DNA of 64,000 bases from Candidatus Bathyarchaeota archaeon. Lineage in GTDB: Archaea; Thermoproteota; Bathyarchaeia; Bathyarchaeales; Bathycorpusculaceae. The notes beneath the pieces are model-generated. The model saw only the letters and a list, made by a program, of their open reading frames with translations, was not told where the DNA came from and ran no database searches. This document shows positions 1-9,876 of this stretch, piece after piece. Each line of letters starts with the position of its first letter. The stretch's first letter is position 1. Location: NCBI GenBank assembly GCA_963775465.1, contig CAVZIW010000001.1, positions 160,001 through 224,000 on the forward strand, given 5' to 3'. The translations under genes and the position numbers were made by a program.

Positions 1-283
1 AAAGCAATAGACCAATTGTGAAAGGAGATTTGGTTTTAAGGTACAGACTCACGTAATTAGCGATTAGAATTATTGTAAGTACAATGTTTATTGTGGAAAA
101 CACGGTATGAGCCATATAGTATAATTCAATGTCGGCTGGGTTAGGCATGTACTGCCTAGGCGTAAAAGGAAAGGTTGGTTCTCTGCGTTGACTGTTTTGA
201 TAAGTCGTTATTATTATTGCTGCCGCAGCAGTCAAAATTATCAAAACGGTAATTAGTACCCATAGTGTTCGATTTCTGTTCAT
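1..283 (-). CDS. Membrane protein (3' end beyond window), downstream of HTH regulator
   Basis: Read manually: ATG at 283, MNRNRTLWVLITVLIILTAAAAIII...YYMAHTVFSTINIVLTIILIANYVSLYLKTKSPFTIGLLL; open to window edge; hydrophobic helices. Confidence 0.7.
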   Translation of the reverse strand, partial: MNRNRTLWVLITVLIILTAAAAIIITTYQNSQRREPTFPFTPRQYMPNPADIELYYMAHTVFSTINIVLTIILIANYVSLYLKTKSPFTIGLLL

Positions 284-313
284 TTATTTGTCCTCTTGCT
301 TAATCTCCTTTTT

Positions 314-616
314 CTACTTTTTCCCGATTTTCTTCACAATCTCCTCAAACAAAATGTAGTTGTCTTCCATTACTTGAGATAGAAAATATGTTGCTCCATA
401 CCTATCTCCAATAGAAGTTATGATTTTGTTTTTTTCCAAAACTACAAGATGATGGCGCATCGTTTTGTAATCCATTTTTAACAAAGTGGCTAACTGATTC
501 GCGTTTTGAGGAGTTTCTTTTAGAGCTTCAAGTATTTTTGCACGTGTGGGTCCGCCTCTGGTGCCAGCAATAAGCCAGCCCAACAGATATTTTAGTGAAC
601 GTGCATTTGAAGACAC
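314..616 (-). CDS. ArsR-like winged-helix transcriptional regulator
   Basis: GTRGGPTRAKILEAL...NANQLATLLKMDYKTMRHHLVVLEKNKII...YGATYF wHTH pattern typical of archaeal ArsR-like proteins. Confidence 0.85.
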   Translation of the reverse strand: MSSNARSLKYLLGWLIAGTRGGPTRAKILEALKETPQNANQLATLLKMDYKTMRHHLVVLEKNKIITSIGDRYGATYFLSQVMEDNYILFEEIVKKIGKK

Positions 617-702
617 TTTTGGGATTCTCCGCTGGATTCTTTGTCAAAGTTAATCGGAATTTAGTAATAAAGGTGTGCTTTAGAAAATAAAAATACAATG
701 AG

Positions 703-758
703 TTTGGGTTAATATTTGGACACAATTTGGGTGTAATCCTGAAAAATCGTTTAATAAT
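703..758 (+). promoter_or_regulatory. Promoter (BRE/TATA-like GAAAAATCGTTTAATAA) with upstream TTTGG(G/A) direct repeats
   Basis: TTTGGG/TTTGGA at 703, 715, 726; TGAAAAATCGTTTAATAAT at 740-758, identical copy at 1459-1477. Confidence 0.55.
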
Positions 759-803
759 CTGCCATAAATCTTTTTTTTGAACTTGGAGGTGAAAAATTAA
801 GTT

Positions 804-1352
804 ATGAACTCAAAAACAAAAGGTTTGTTTGTGCTTTCTATGATAATCTTAGCGACAGTTGCAGGCGCCCTAATTTATTTTATGCAATCAACAGTCAAAG
901 CTGACTCAACAAATACAGTTGCATCCGATGCAGAATCCAAAACGGCACCGCTAGCTGTAACCACAAGTGACGTAGGAATAAACAGTTTTGGCGGTGAATT
1001 AATGGCATTTGGCATGCAAACAAGGTTAGGCATGGGCTACAGAGGAGAACTAAGAGAAATAGGTAGATTTAGAGGCATCCAAATAAGCAGCGAATTCACC
1101 CAAAACGTTACAACCATCGCACAAAGTGATAGTGATGTCCAGAATCTAATTAGCCAGGGCTACAACATAACCTCTATTAGACCTATAATCAGCACAACCA
1201 TCGACGGCAACGGAAACATAGTGACTAAAGCCTCAACAGCAAACATACTTTTTCAGGGTGACAATGGAAGCCGAAGTTTTGTCGTAGTTGATCTATCTCA
1301 AGCAAAAGTGACAAAAATTGTAACTTTAGCAATTACTGAAATCGACAAATAA
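804..1352 (+). CDS. Membrane-anchored/secreted hypothetical protein
   Basis: N-terminal hydrophobic helix, GGAGGTG SD upstream, T-tract after stop. Confidence 0.75.
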   Translation: MNSKTKGLFVLSMIILATVAGALIYFMQSTVKADSTNTVASDAESKTAPLAVTTSDVGINSFGGELMAFGMQTRLGMGYRGELREIGRFRGIQISSEFTQNVTTIAQSDSDVQNLISQGYNITSIRPIISTTIDGNGNIVTKASTANILFQGDNGSRSFVVVDLSQAKVTKIVTLAITEIDK

Positions 1353-1443
1353 ACCCTTTTTTTCTTTTTCTAACGTTTTAAGATTTAAAGCAAAGAACAT
1401 AACTAATCAATACATTGAAAGAATCCAAATCGATTAGGGCGAG

Positions 1444-1477
1444 ATTTGGGTAAGATTATGAAAAATCGTTTAATAAT
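1444..1477 (+). promoter_or_regulatory. Second copy of the 725-758 promoter/operator
   Basis: ATTTGGGT at 1444-1451 and TGAAAAATCGTTTAATAAT at 1459-1477, same spacing as 725/740. Confidence 0.55.
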
Positions 1478-1500
1478 ACTTCAAGACTAAGCAAGTCATG

Positions 1501-1588
1501 GCAACCAAGAAGGGATTTGAATTGAACCAAAAGGCCACAAGCCTAAAACTGCCCAAAAATACCCCTTTCAGGTTTCTTTTTGGTTGCC
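1501..1588 (+). ncRNA. Candidate structured leader/sRNA (22-bp stem)
   Basis: GGCAACCAAGAAGGGATTTGAA (1501-1522) pairs fully with TTCAGGTTTCTTTTTGGTTGCC (1567-1588) using five G-U pairs; begins about 25 nt after the TATA box. Confidence 0.45.
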
Positions 1589-1621
1589 TTTCTGATTCCA
1601 ACTTAATAATGCGGTGTTAAA

Positions 1622-1783
1622 ATGGGTGTAATTAATAGAGCCATTAGAAATATTTCAAGAAGAAAAAGTCGAGTACTACTAGTTATAATCGCTTTTGGCT
1701 TTTCCATGGCTATCATGATTTCTATTCCTATAGGCGTTTTAGCTAAACAACAAAGAATAAATGATGACCCTTTTCTAATCTAA
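1622..1783 (+). pseudogene. N-terminal remnant of MacB/FtsX-type ABC permease
   Basis: MGVINRAIRNISRRKSRVLLVIIAFGFSMAIMISIPIGV resembles the A.RN..RRK.R..L start of ABC permeases; stops after 53 aa. Confidence 0.6.
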
Positions 1784-1890
1784 AATGAAAAAGAATGAAT
1801 GCTAAAATAACTTGAGGGTTTTTATGGAAACATCACCACCTTTGCAATCTCCTTCTGCGGCGCCTCAAAAAAGTAGACGCACTTCCGATC

Positions 1891-3033
1891 ATGTTTTTAG
1901 CCCTTTTACTCATTGGTTTGATTGCTGGCGGCCTAATTGGCTACTCTGTAATATACTCTGATTTTAACCAAAAAATTAGTGACTTGCAAAGCCAAATAGG
2001 GCTTTATCAAGAAGGAAGTAACAGTTCACAACAGACTTTTTTTCTTAACGATAATGTTTCTTTGTCTACTCTTTATTCTCAGGTCAAGTCTTCTGTAGTT
2101 GTAATCCAAGATCTTGTACCTCAATACAGCCTTTTTGGAAGCCTCATTGGCTATAGTCTTCAGCAAGGTTCGGGATTTTTAACTGAAATCAATAGTCAAA
2201 TTGTTATTGTAACCAACGACCATGTAATAGCGGATTCAATAAACCAAACGGTAACCTTTGCAAACGGCGACGCTTATCCAGCAGAAGTTTTGGGTTCAGA
2301 TGGTCAAGCAGACCTTGCTGTCCTCACGATCACACCGATGCCCTCTGGATTAAAACCGTTAACTCTTGCTAGCTCTGACTCTTTGCAGGTCGGTCAACCT
2401 GTCGTTGCAGTCGGCTCGCCATATGGTTTATCGGGAACCTTGACAACAGGCGTTATCAGTTCTCTTGGAAGGACAATTACTGAAGACTCAAGTTCAAACC
2501 AAAACGGGCAAGTGATCGCAGACATCATCCAAACGAGTACTGCTATAAACCCGGGAAATTCTGGAGGTCCATTGTTGACCTATGCAGGCGACGTTATTGG
2601 CATAACAACTGCTGGCATAAGCAACTCTCAAGGATTAGGTTTTGCTATTCCTTCAGATACGATAATTCGAGAATTAAACTCCATAGTTACTTCAGGTTCC
2701 TATACAGATCATCCTTCGATTAACGCTGTTGGCACCGACATGAATTACCAAATTGCTCAAGCTATGGAAACAAGCGTAACCTATGGTTGGTTAGTTGAAC
2801 GTGTTTCTTTTCAAAACGGTCTTAAAGGCGGCGATATTCAAAAAAATATTTTGGGTTCAACCACAATTCTTGGCGGGGACATAATTATTGCAATAAATAG
2901 CCAACGCATAACCAACACGGATGATTTATTTAGCTACTTAGAACAACATACCTTGCCGGGTCAAACCGTAGCTTTCACTGTTATACGTGACGGACAACAA
3001 CAATCAATACAAGTAACCATAGGAAAATCTTAA
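1891..3033 (+). CDS. htrA: HtrA/DegP-like trypsin serine protease with PDZ domain
   Basis: TNDHV, DLAVL, AINPGNSGGPL catalytic motifs; C-terminal PDZ (GDIIIAIN); N-terminal TM helix. Confidence 0.92.
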   Translation: MFLALLLIGLIAGGLIGYSVIYSDFNQKISDLQSQIGLYQEGSNSSQQTFFLNDNVSLSTLYSQVKSSVVVIQDLVPQYSLFGSLIGYSLQQGSGFLTEINSQIVIVTNDHVIADSINQTVTFANGDAYPAEVLGSDGQADLAVLTITPMPSGLKPLTLASSDSLQVGQPVVAVGSPYGLSGTLTTGVISSLGRTITEDSSSNQNGQVIADIIQTSTAINPGNSGGPLLTYAGDVIGITTAGISNSQGLGFAIPSDTIIRELNSIVTSGSYTDHPSINAVGTDMNYQIAQAMETSVTYGWLVERVSFQNGLKGGDIQKNILGSTTILGGDIIIAINSQRITNTDDLFSYLEQHTLPGQTVAFTVIRDGQQQSIQVTIGKS

Positions 3034-3111
3034 TCCTTTCTGTTTGAAAAATGAATCTTAGATTCTTTTCTATCGGTATTTTTATAAGATAAGCGCTTGC
3101 AGTAAAGTGAC

Positions 3112-3897
3112 ATGCAGGCTGAATTTGGAGTAATAGGTGGAACAGGTCTATATGACCCTAATCTTCTCAAAAACGTAAAAGAAATAACAGTTGAAACGCC
3201 GTTTGGCAAACCTTCTGATTCTATAACTGTGGGTGAACTCGCTGGGAAAACTGTAGCTTTTTTGCCTAGACATGGAAAAAAACACACCATCCGACCAACT
3301 GACATCAATGTTCAAGCAAACATTTTTGCACTTAAAAAACTCGGTGTAAAACGCATTTTAGCACCTTCGACTGTTGGCTCTTTGCGAGAAGAATACCATC
3401 CGGGTGAAATCGCATTCATCGACCAATTTATTGACCGAACTACAAAACGAGAACAATCCTTTTACAGCAAAGAAAAAGTGTGCCATATATCCGTAGCAGA
3501 ACCAATGTGTCCTGAATTAAGAAAAAACCTAATCGATGTTGCCAAAGGTTTGGATATAAAAATGCATCAAACAGGCACCTACGTGTGCATTGAAGGACCG
3601 CGCTTTTCAACAAAAGCTGAATCCAAAATGTACCGTCAATGGGGAGCAGATGTGGTTGGCATGACTTTGGTTCCTGAATGTGTTTTAGCCAGAGAAGCCG
3701 AAATCTGCTATGCGAACATTTCAACAGTAACAGATTATGACGTTTGGAAAGACCATGTTGTAAGCGTTGATGATGTATTGGCTACTATGAAAAGTAATAT
3801 TGAGAATGTTAAACGCTTGGTTGCTCAAACTATAGATAAAATGCCGCCAGAATGTGGCTGCACCTGCAATCAAGCATTGAAAGGCGCTTTCGTCTAG
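3112..3897 (+). CDS. mtnP: S-methyl-5'-thioadenosine phosphorylase
   Basis: GVIGGTG, PRHG, EGPRFSTKAE, GMT, TDYD motifs. Confidence 0.92.
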   Translation: MQAEFGVIGGTGLYDPNLLKNVKEITVETPFGKPSDSITVGELAGKTVAFLPRHGKKHTIRPTDINVQANIFALKKLGVKRILAPSTVGSLREEYHPGEIAFIDQFIDRTTKREQSFYSKEKVCHISVAEPMCPELRKNLIDVAKGLDIKMHQTGTYVCIEGPRFSTKAESKMYRQWGADVVGMTLVPECVLAREAEICYANISTVTDYDVWKDHVVSVDDVLATMKSNIENVKRLVAQTIDKMPPECGCTCNQALKGAFV

Positions 3898-3912
3898 AAG
3901 GAGAAGAAGCAA

Positions 3913-4455
3913 ATGAATAAAACTCAAAAAGTAGATTTGAAAAGCAAAATTCGAAGGATCCCTGAATTTAAAGGTGTAGTTTTCTGGGACATAACTCCTC
4001 TTCTAAAGGATGCAGCTTGTTTCCGGGAAACAATCATACAATTAGCCGACCATTATAGAGAAAGAAAAATCGACGTTATAGTTTCTAACGAAGCTAGAGG
4101 ATTCATCATAGGGGCTGCATTAGCTTACGAACTAGGAGTAGGGTTTGTCCCTATTCGTAAAAAGGGCAAGTTGCCTTATAAGTGCGTAGATCTTGACTAC
4201 AAAAAAGAATATGAATGTGACACTATTGAAATCCACCAAGACGCAGTTGAAAAAGGACAAAACGTGCTTATTATCGACGATTTGCTCGCTACAGGCGGAA
4301 CAGTAAACGCCAATATTGAACTCATTGAAAAACTGGGCGGAAAAATCATCGGCGTGGGCTTCATTATTGAACTCGGCTATCTTGAAGGAAGAAAAGCAAT
4401 CGGGAAAAAATATGACGTCTACTCTTTGTTTAATCTGAAAACGACAGACGGCTAA
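3913..4455 (+). CDS. apt: Adenine phosphoribosyltransferase
   Basis: FWDITPLL, EARGF, RKKGKLP, IIDDLLATGGT. Confidence 0.93.
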   Translation: MNKTQKVDLKSKIRRIPEFKGVVFWDITPLLKDAACFRETIIQLADHYRERKIDVIVSNEARGFIIGAALAYELGVGFVPIRKKGKLPYKCVDLDYKKEYECDTIEIHQDAVEKGQNVLIIDDLLATGGTVNANIELIEKLGGKIIGVGFIIELGYLEGRKAIGKKYDVYSLFNLKTTDG

Positions 4456-4660
4456 AAAATAATTTGAAAATCCTTTTTTCCCGAAGGCAAAATTTTTGTT
4501 CCATGCTATCGGGGAAAAAACCAGTTTATTTGCCAATTTCCAGTATTTCTCAATTGCAGATAAAACCGATGGAATTTGTTAGTTTGTTGTAGTACCGTGA
4601 CAGCAACTTAGCTTTAATAGGCATTACAACCTCATTTAATGTGTAAGTCAACATCTGAGG

Positions 4661-4966
4661 TTGATTATTTTGGAGAATACATTTGTTAACGTAGAAAAAC
4701 AACTCAGAGATAAATTTAATGATGCTTTTGAGAAACCTAAACGCAGCGCTTTTGTTTTTATTACTGCAGAATCTGATTCTACTAACCTTGCTCTAGAAGA
4801 CTTGAGGAAAATTGATGCAGTCGCGGAAGTGTATTTAGCTAGAGGTGAATATGATCTTGTTGCTAAAATTAAAGGTGAATCTCTTGCCTTCCTTACTGAG
4901 AACGTACTAAAAAGAATAAAGAATCTCAGCAGTATCAAATCAATTTTAACTCTAACATTAATCTAA
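4661..4966 (+). CDS. Lrp/AsnC ligand-binding-domain protein
   Basis: AFVFI...V.EVY...GEYDLVAKI pattern. Confidence 0.75.
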   Translation: MIILENTFVNVEKQLRDKFNDAFEKPKRSAFVFITAESDSTNLALEDLRKIDAVAEVYLARGEYDLVAKIKGESLAFLTENVLKRIKNLSSIKSILTLTLI

Positions 4967-4968
4967 AC

Positions 4969-5352
4969 TTAGACCAAGCTGCTCTGACAGCCAAAAGAAT
5001 TTCCAAGAGCTGCCAAATAATCACTGAAGCTCAATTCGGCTTTGCTAGTTTTGTATTCAAAAGTCTTGAATTTTTCATGCAGGTTCCTCATTACTCTGAT
5101 TTCAAGCAAAAGCGACGATTCACCAAATATAGATTCAATTGACCTAGTTAGCGATTCTATGTTAAGGAATATATCTTCTTTACTTAATCCGAATTTTTTT
5201 TCCAAAATGAAGTAGAATGCAGGTTTGACATCTCTGCCTAAACTTGAAAGAGTCTCATCGACCGCTTGAGATACAATTGATTTGAAATTAATTGAGTATT
5301 CTTGGTTTGCTTCGATAATTGGTGTGTTTAGTTCGGTTAATAATATGCTCAT
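4969..5352 (-). CDS. Conserved archaeal hypothetical protein
   Basis: AVDETLSSLG...ILEKKFGL...IESIFG...LLE pattern recalled from Bathy/Thaumarchaeal small proteins. Confidence 0.65.
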   Translation of the reverse strand: MSILLTELNTPIIEANQEYSINFKSIVSQAVDETLSSLGRDVKPAFYFILEKKFGLSKEDIFLNIESLTRSIESIFGESSLLLEIRVMRNLHEKFKTFEYKTSKAELSFSDYLAALGNSFGCQSSLV

Positions 5353-5586
5353 TTTGAGTTGACCTGTTTTATTGTTCTGCTTGAATACACATGTATCTTA
5401 TGTGTTAATATATCGTTTATTTGTAATTTGGGAATATTCCGAAAATCGATATATACAAAAAAGATTCATTCAAACCCAAAAAACCTATCTCCTTAAGATC
5501 ACCATTACATTTAATATAAAGCTGCCAAAACTCATATTTCCCATGCAAACAGTTTATAAAATCCAACTTAGTTAGATTATAATGGA

Positions 5587-5850
5587 GTGAAATTTTTGCC
5601 AAGATTTTTAGTAAATTCTGCAATTCTACATTCAGATAAAGATCCCAAAGCGTGTGCTGAAGGAGCAGCCAAAATGCTTTCTAGGGGAAAAATAAAAGAT
5701 ATTGAAGCTATATCTTGTTATTGCTGCACTGATGAACCCAGAGTTGCTTTTCTAATAGAAGGTCCAAATAAAAACGCAGTTTTAGAAACCGTGCAACAAC
5801 AACTCAATATCCCCGTTGCTTCAATAATGGAAGTCCAAGAAACAAAGTAG
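5587..5850 (+). CDS. Small hypothetical protein
   Basis: 87-aa ORF with plausible composition, convergent with next gene. Confidence 0.6.
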   Translation: MKFLPRFLVNSAILHSDKDPKACAEGAAKMLSRGKIKDIEAISCYCCTDEPRVAFLIEGPNKNAVLETVQQQLNIPVASIMEVQETK

Positions 5851-5859
5851 CCTTAACTT

Positions 5860-6408
5860 TCAACAATATCCTTCAATGCCTTGCAAATAAACAGCAAAGT
5901 CACCGTCAGAAAACAACACAAAGGTTACTTTCTCAATTTTATCTTCCTTTTCCAAAAATTTTTTTACTGAACCAACAGCAACGCGACTAGCTTCTTCAAC
6001 GGGGTAACCATATGCCCCTGTACTGATAGAAGGAAATGCAATAGTTTTTATCCCATTTTGAACCGCTAGTTTAAGTGAATTCCGATAAGCTTGCTTTAGG
6101 AGTTCCGCTTCTACATGAAAACCACCCAACCAAACAGGCCCAACTGTATGAATAACATATTTGGCCTTCAAATTTCCTCCAGAAGTAAGGACAGCTTTAC
6201 CTGTTGGCAACCCATCAGGCCACTGAGTAGCCCTTATTAGTTTGCACTCTTCCAGAATTTTTGGTCCGCCTTTTCTATGTATAGCGCCGTCAACCCCGCC
6301 GCCCCCCAGAAGAGTTGAATTTGCCGCATTCACAATAGCATCCGCTTCTACTTCTGTGATGTCGCCTCTAATCAGTTGAATATTACCATGTCCAACTTTG
6401 AATTCCAT
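5860..6408 (-). CDS. Macrodomain O-acetyl-ADP-ribose deacetylase (YmdB-like)
   Basis: GDIT, AIVNAAN, GGGGVDGAIH, HTVGP, AFPSISTGAYG. Confidence 0.93.
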   Translation of the reverse strand: MEFKVGHGNIQLIRGDITEVEADAIVNAANSTLLGGGGVDGAIHRKGGPKILEECKLIRATQWPDGLPTGKAVLTSGGNLKAKYVIHTVGPVWLGGFHVEAELLKQAYRNSLKLAVQNGIKTIAFPSISTGAYGYPVEEASRVAVGSVKKFLEKEDKIEKVTFVLFSDGDFAVYLQGIEGYC

Positions 6409-6434
6409 GACATATCTCTATCATAAATTCCTAT

Positions 6435-7070
6435 TTAACCATACAATAAAGACCATAATGACGAGACCATAAAGTATAATCCGAATCCGACAAAAACGGC
6501 AACACAGAAAAACGTAACCATAGAATGGGTGCGTTTTGTCCAAAACCTTTGAGACTTAAAAATCAGAAATGCTACAACTGTATACCATGCAAAATCGGTA
6601 AGCCAATGGACCCCTGCAAAAACAGAAAAACCTGCTATCCCAAATAGTTTCGCGTTTAGAATTAGAGTAGTTCCAATGGTTAGCCACCAAAGGATAAAGC
6701 CGGCATTTGCTGCAGTTGTGTATGCTCCAGCAAGGATTGATTCGCGTTTTAGACTAATGTTTGGTTGTTCTTCTTTGTTTCTATTCTTGAATGCTTGGAT
6801 ACCCATGAAAACCATTACTAAACCCCCCACCAATCCAACTGTTATCTGAATTAAACTCGGAATGTTGATGCGGCTTAGTATGAAGAATATCAGAAACATT
6901 AATGGGAACTCGACAATTCCATGTCCTATTGAGATTAAAATGCCTGCACTTCTGCTTTTAGCGGCTTTTTTAATTGTTACAGCAAACAGTGGACCAGGCA
7001 TAAGCACCCCTGACAACGAAATAAGCAAAACTGAAAATAAAAACAGGTAAAAATCAGTAATAAACTCCAT
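6435..7070 (-). CDS. LysE-family transporter
   Basis: SGVLMPGP, GHGIVE, multiple TM helices. Confidence 0.85.
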   Translation of the reverse strand: MEFITDFYLFLFSVLLISLSGVLMPGPLFAVTIKKAAKSRSAGILISIGHGIVEFPLMFLIFFILSRINIPSLIQITVGLVGGLVMVFMGIQAFKNRNKEEQPNISLKRESILAGAYTTAANAGFILWWLTIGTTLILNAKLFGIAGFSVFAGVHWLTDFAWYTVVAFLIFKSQRFWTKRTHSMVTFFCVAVFVGFGLYFMVSSLWSLLYG

Positions 7071-7075
7071 AAACC

Positions 7076-7624
7076 TTACTCACTTTTTTTCCTTTGCAGA
7101 AGCATGTTTTGCATCTCAACTATCTCGGAACTATCCTTTGCCTTCACATAATTATCAAGTAACATGGCGTTAAGTTCAAGAAAAGTGTGACCCCAAGAAA
7201 AAATCGACAAAATATCCTCTGCTTCTTTTTTAAACCCCGCAATATACAACGCAGCCGCAATAGCTTCAGCAGTAGTTAACTTGGTTAACTTCCCATAATT
7301 AACCGGGTTTCCAGCAATAAGAATTGGCAAGCAGCGGCTGGTTCCTCTAACATGTTCTCCCATCACTTTCTGAGCGTGCTCCCAGCTGCAATCCAACGCT
7401 GCTAACCCAAACTGCTCCAATCGTTCTTTATCAGCCGGGGAAAAAGCTATTTCTCCAAAAGGGTTTAAAACTATTACTCGTTTGGGTAGAAACCTTGTTC
7501 TTGTCACGATTCTGGCGAATCCTCTTCGTTTCAGTCTTAGGGCTGTGTTCTTTTTTGGATCATCTTGCGCTGCATGATAAATTGTAATCTTCACGGGCAA
7601 AACTGGTTTTTCTTTTAGCATCAT
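7076..7624 (-). CDS. tsr3: 16S rRNA aminocarboxypropyltransferase Tsr3 (DUF367)
   Basis: DDPKKNT, LDCSW, LPILIAGNPVNYG, FSWGHTFLELN. Confidence 0.92.
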   Translation of the reverse strand: MMLKEKPVLPVKITIYHAAQDDPKKNTALRLKRRGFARIVTRTRFLPKRVIVLNPFGEIAFSPADKERLEQFGLAALDCSWEHAQKVMGEHVRGTSRCLPILIAGNPVNYGKLTKLTTAEAIAAALYIAGFKKEAEDILSIFSWGHTFLELNAMLLDNYVKAKDSSEIVEMQNMLLQRKKSE

Positions 7625-9162
7625 TTTCCAATTGGCTTACGCACCTTTAAATGACTCATTGGATCATCCAAAACCTTTGGAATCCAATCAAGTAAATCGG
7701 TTGCTACCATATGATAACCGATCTCATTTTCCACAAAATCTCCAGCTGCGCCATTTACAAAAGCGCCAGCAACGGCAGCCTCGAAAGGTTCTACATTTTG
7801 AGCTAACAAACCACCTACAATACCACTAAGTGCATCGCCTGTGCCGCCCACTGTCATGCCTGGATTTCCAGTGAAATTTAGTCTCGACTGTTCACCGTTC
7901 GATACAATATCAACTTTGCCCTTAACTAAAATCACTGCGTTAAGTTGTTTAGCTGCTTTCTGAATTTCCAAAACCTTTTCTTCTGTATTTTCAGGCAATT
8001 CTTTTCCTGTTAATATCGCGTATTCTCTTGCATGAGGAGTCAAAACAACGGGTGACTTTAACGCTCTTTTGAATTTTGCAAACGCTTTTAAGCTGTCAGC
8101 ATCTAAAAGCAACGGTTTCTTTGCCTTTTCAACCTCGTCAACACAAGCTTTGATGAATTTGACTGTTTCAGGGTTCAAACCTAAACCTGGTCCCACAACT
8201 ACAGCATCAACCATGTCTATGTACGGTTTGAGCGTATCTAAGTTACATGAATTAAGATGATCTCCTTCGAGTTTTATAGTTATCAAATTAGGCGACATCG
8301 ATGAAATTGCTATCGCTGTCCTTTCAGGAGCCGCAAGGTATACTATGTCTGTACCTGTTCGCAACGCAGCTAACGAAACCAAAGTGGGTGCTCCGGAGAA
8401 AACTTCATTGCCACCAATAACTAGTAATCTGCCGAAATCGCCCTTGTGCGCAGTTAAGCCTCGAGGTTTTTTTGCAGTTAAAACATCTCCTGGACCAATG
8501 AATCGTTCAATTTCATGAGGCAAACCTATATCTGCAACAACGAGTTCGCCGACATAGTTTTTGGCTTTATCCAAACCTATTTTTGCCTTATGAAATGCTA
8601 TGGTGAGGTCTGCTTTAACAGCTGTTCCCAGTACGTTGCCGGTATCTGAATCAACGCCCGTAGGAACATCAACAGCAATCTTGAACGCATTTGAGTTGTT
8701 AATGACATCAACACTTTGGATGATGGGTGATTTGAGTTTTCCTTTAGCCCCTGTTCCCAATAGTGCATCAATAACTATGTCCGAATCAACCTTTGGAATT
8801 AGCGAACTATCCGTTACCTCAAAAATAGTTATTTTGTCCTCTAATGCCTGAAGAATGACCCAGTTAGAAAATGCCGCGTCATGACTAATGTTGCGAGACT
8901 TACCAACCAAAATAACTGTTATTTCAAAATCTGCATTTAGAAGGTGCCTTGCTGCAACAAATCCGTCTCCGCCATTTCCGCCTAAACCACAAAAAATGGT
9001 TACTTTCTTGTTCTTTTTGAACCGTTCAATAATCTCTTGGGCTACGCTACGGCCAGCGTTCTCCATTAGTTGAATAATGTTTACGCCAAAATATTGTGCG
9101 TTAATTTCTAATGCTTGCATCTCACGGCTGGTAATCTTTGAGGTTTTATTTTTTATTTGCAT
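7621..9162 (-). CDS. nnr: Bifunctional NAD(P)H-hydrate epimerase/dehydratase
   Basis: LMENAG, GGNGGDG, DALLGTG, HKGDFG, GPGLG, TPH..E, GGTGD; likely start ATG at 9162. Confidence 0.93.
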   Translation of the reverse strand: MQIKNKTSKITSREMQALEINAQYFGVNIIQLMENAGRSVAQEIIERFKKNKKVTIFCGLGGNGGDGFVAARHLLNADFEITVILVGKSRNISHDAAFSNWVILQALEDKITIFEVTDSSLIPKVDSDIVIDALLGTGAKGKLKSPIIQSVDVINNSNAFKIAVDVPTGVDSDTGNVLGTAVKADLTIAFHKAKIGLDKAKNYVGELVVADIGLPHEIERFIGPGDVLTAKKPRGLTAHKGDFGRLLVIGGNEVFSGAPTLVSLAALRTGTDIVYLAAPERTAIAISSMSPNLITIKLEGDHLNSCNLDTLKPYIDMVDAVVVGPGLGLNPETVKFIKACVDEVEKAKKPLLLDADSLKAFAKFKRALKSPVVLTPHAREYAILTGKELPENTEEKVLEIQKAAKQLNAVILVKGKVDIVSNGEQSRLNFTGNPGMTVGGTGDALSGIVGGLLAQNVEPFEAAVAGAFVNGAAGDFVENEIGYHMVATDLLDWIPKVLDDPMSHLKVRKPIGK

Positions 9163-9219
9163 GCAGGCGCACCTTGAGTAATACTGTAGCTGTTTTAAAG
9201 ATAAGCATATCCCATGGCC

Positions 9220-9247
9220 GTATACAAAAGCATCGCCCAAACACATT
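9220..9247 (+). repeat. 28-bp dispersed motif, copy 1
   Basis: GTATACAAAAGCATCGCCCAAACACATT. Confidence 0.85.
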
Positions 9248-9876
9248 AAAAAGAACTTTAGCAAATCGGCTGTTCCCTAAAAAGACCGTTAAGCGTCGAA
9301 CTTTAAATAATCATGCAAACATAAACAAAAAAATGATTTCACATACAAACTTGGACAACCCTCGAATCTAAAAATAACTTATGATACGATTAAAAAATCA
9401 AAAAATCGACTATTTCTGATTTTTTTTGTGCCTTTTTTGAAGCTAACTTGGTCTTTTTGCCCATTCAGCTCACCATAGTTTACTTATAAAAAAAGGAGAG
9501 AGCCAAAGATTGGGATATGAAGATAATTTCTAGCGTTTAGCAGATGCTGTTGCCTTTATTTTAAGATAAAATGTCGCAAATTCGGTTATTGCCATTTTTA
9601 AAGAGATAAAATTTGCAGTTGGTGGACGTAATACCTAATTTCTGAACTGGGCAAGACCTAAAGTGATTTCGAAATGGAGTCGAACATGCATTTTTAATAC
9701 TTTACAGTTTAAAAATGACCTGCAAAGCAACTAAAATTGAAAACAAAATATATATTTCCATGGTTCACAGCTGTTTTATTACCCTTCGAAGTACGAAACA
9801 AGATTGCAAATGTTTATTCCTTAGCACATACTATAGTAATTTGATTTTAGCAGACTTTTTGGAAATGGTGAATTGC

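Noticed and set aside
1498-1620. 40-aa ORF overlapping the leader hairpin
   Set aside because: No SD or recognisable features; RNA structure explains the sequence better, though a leader peptide is not excluded
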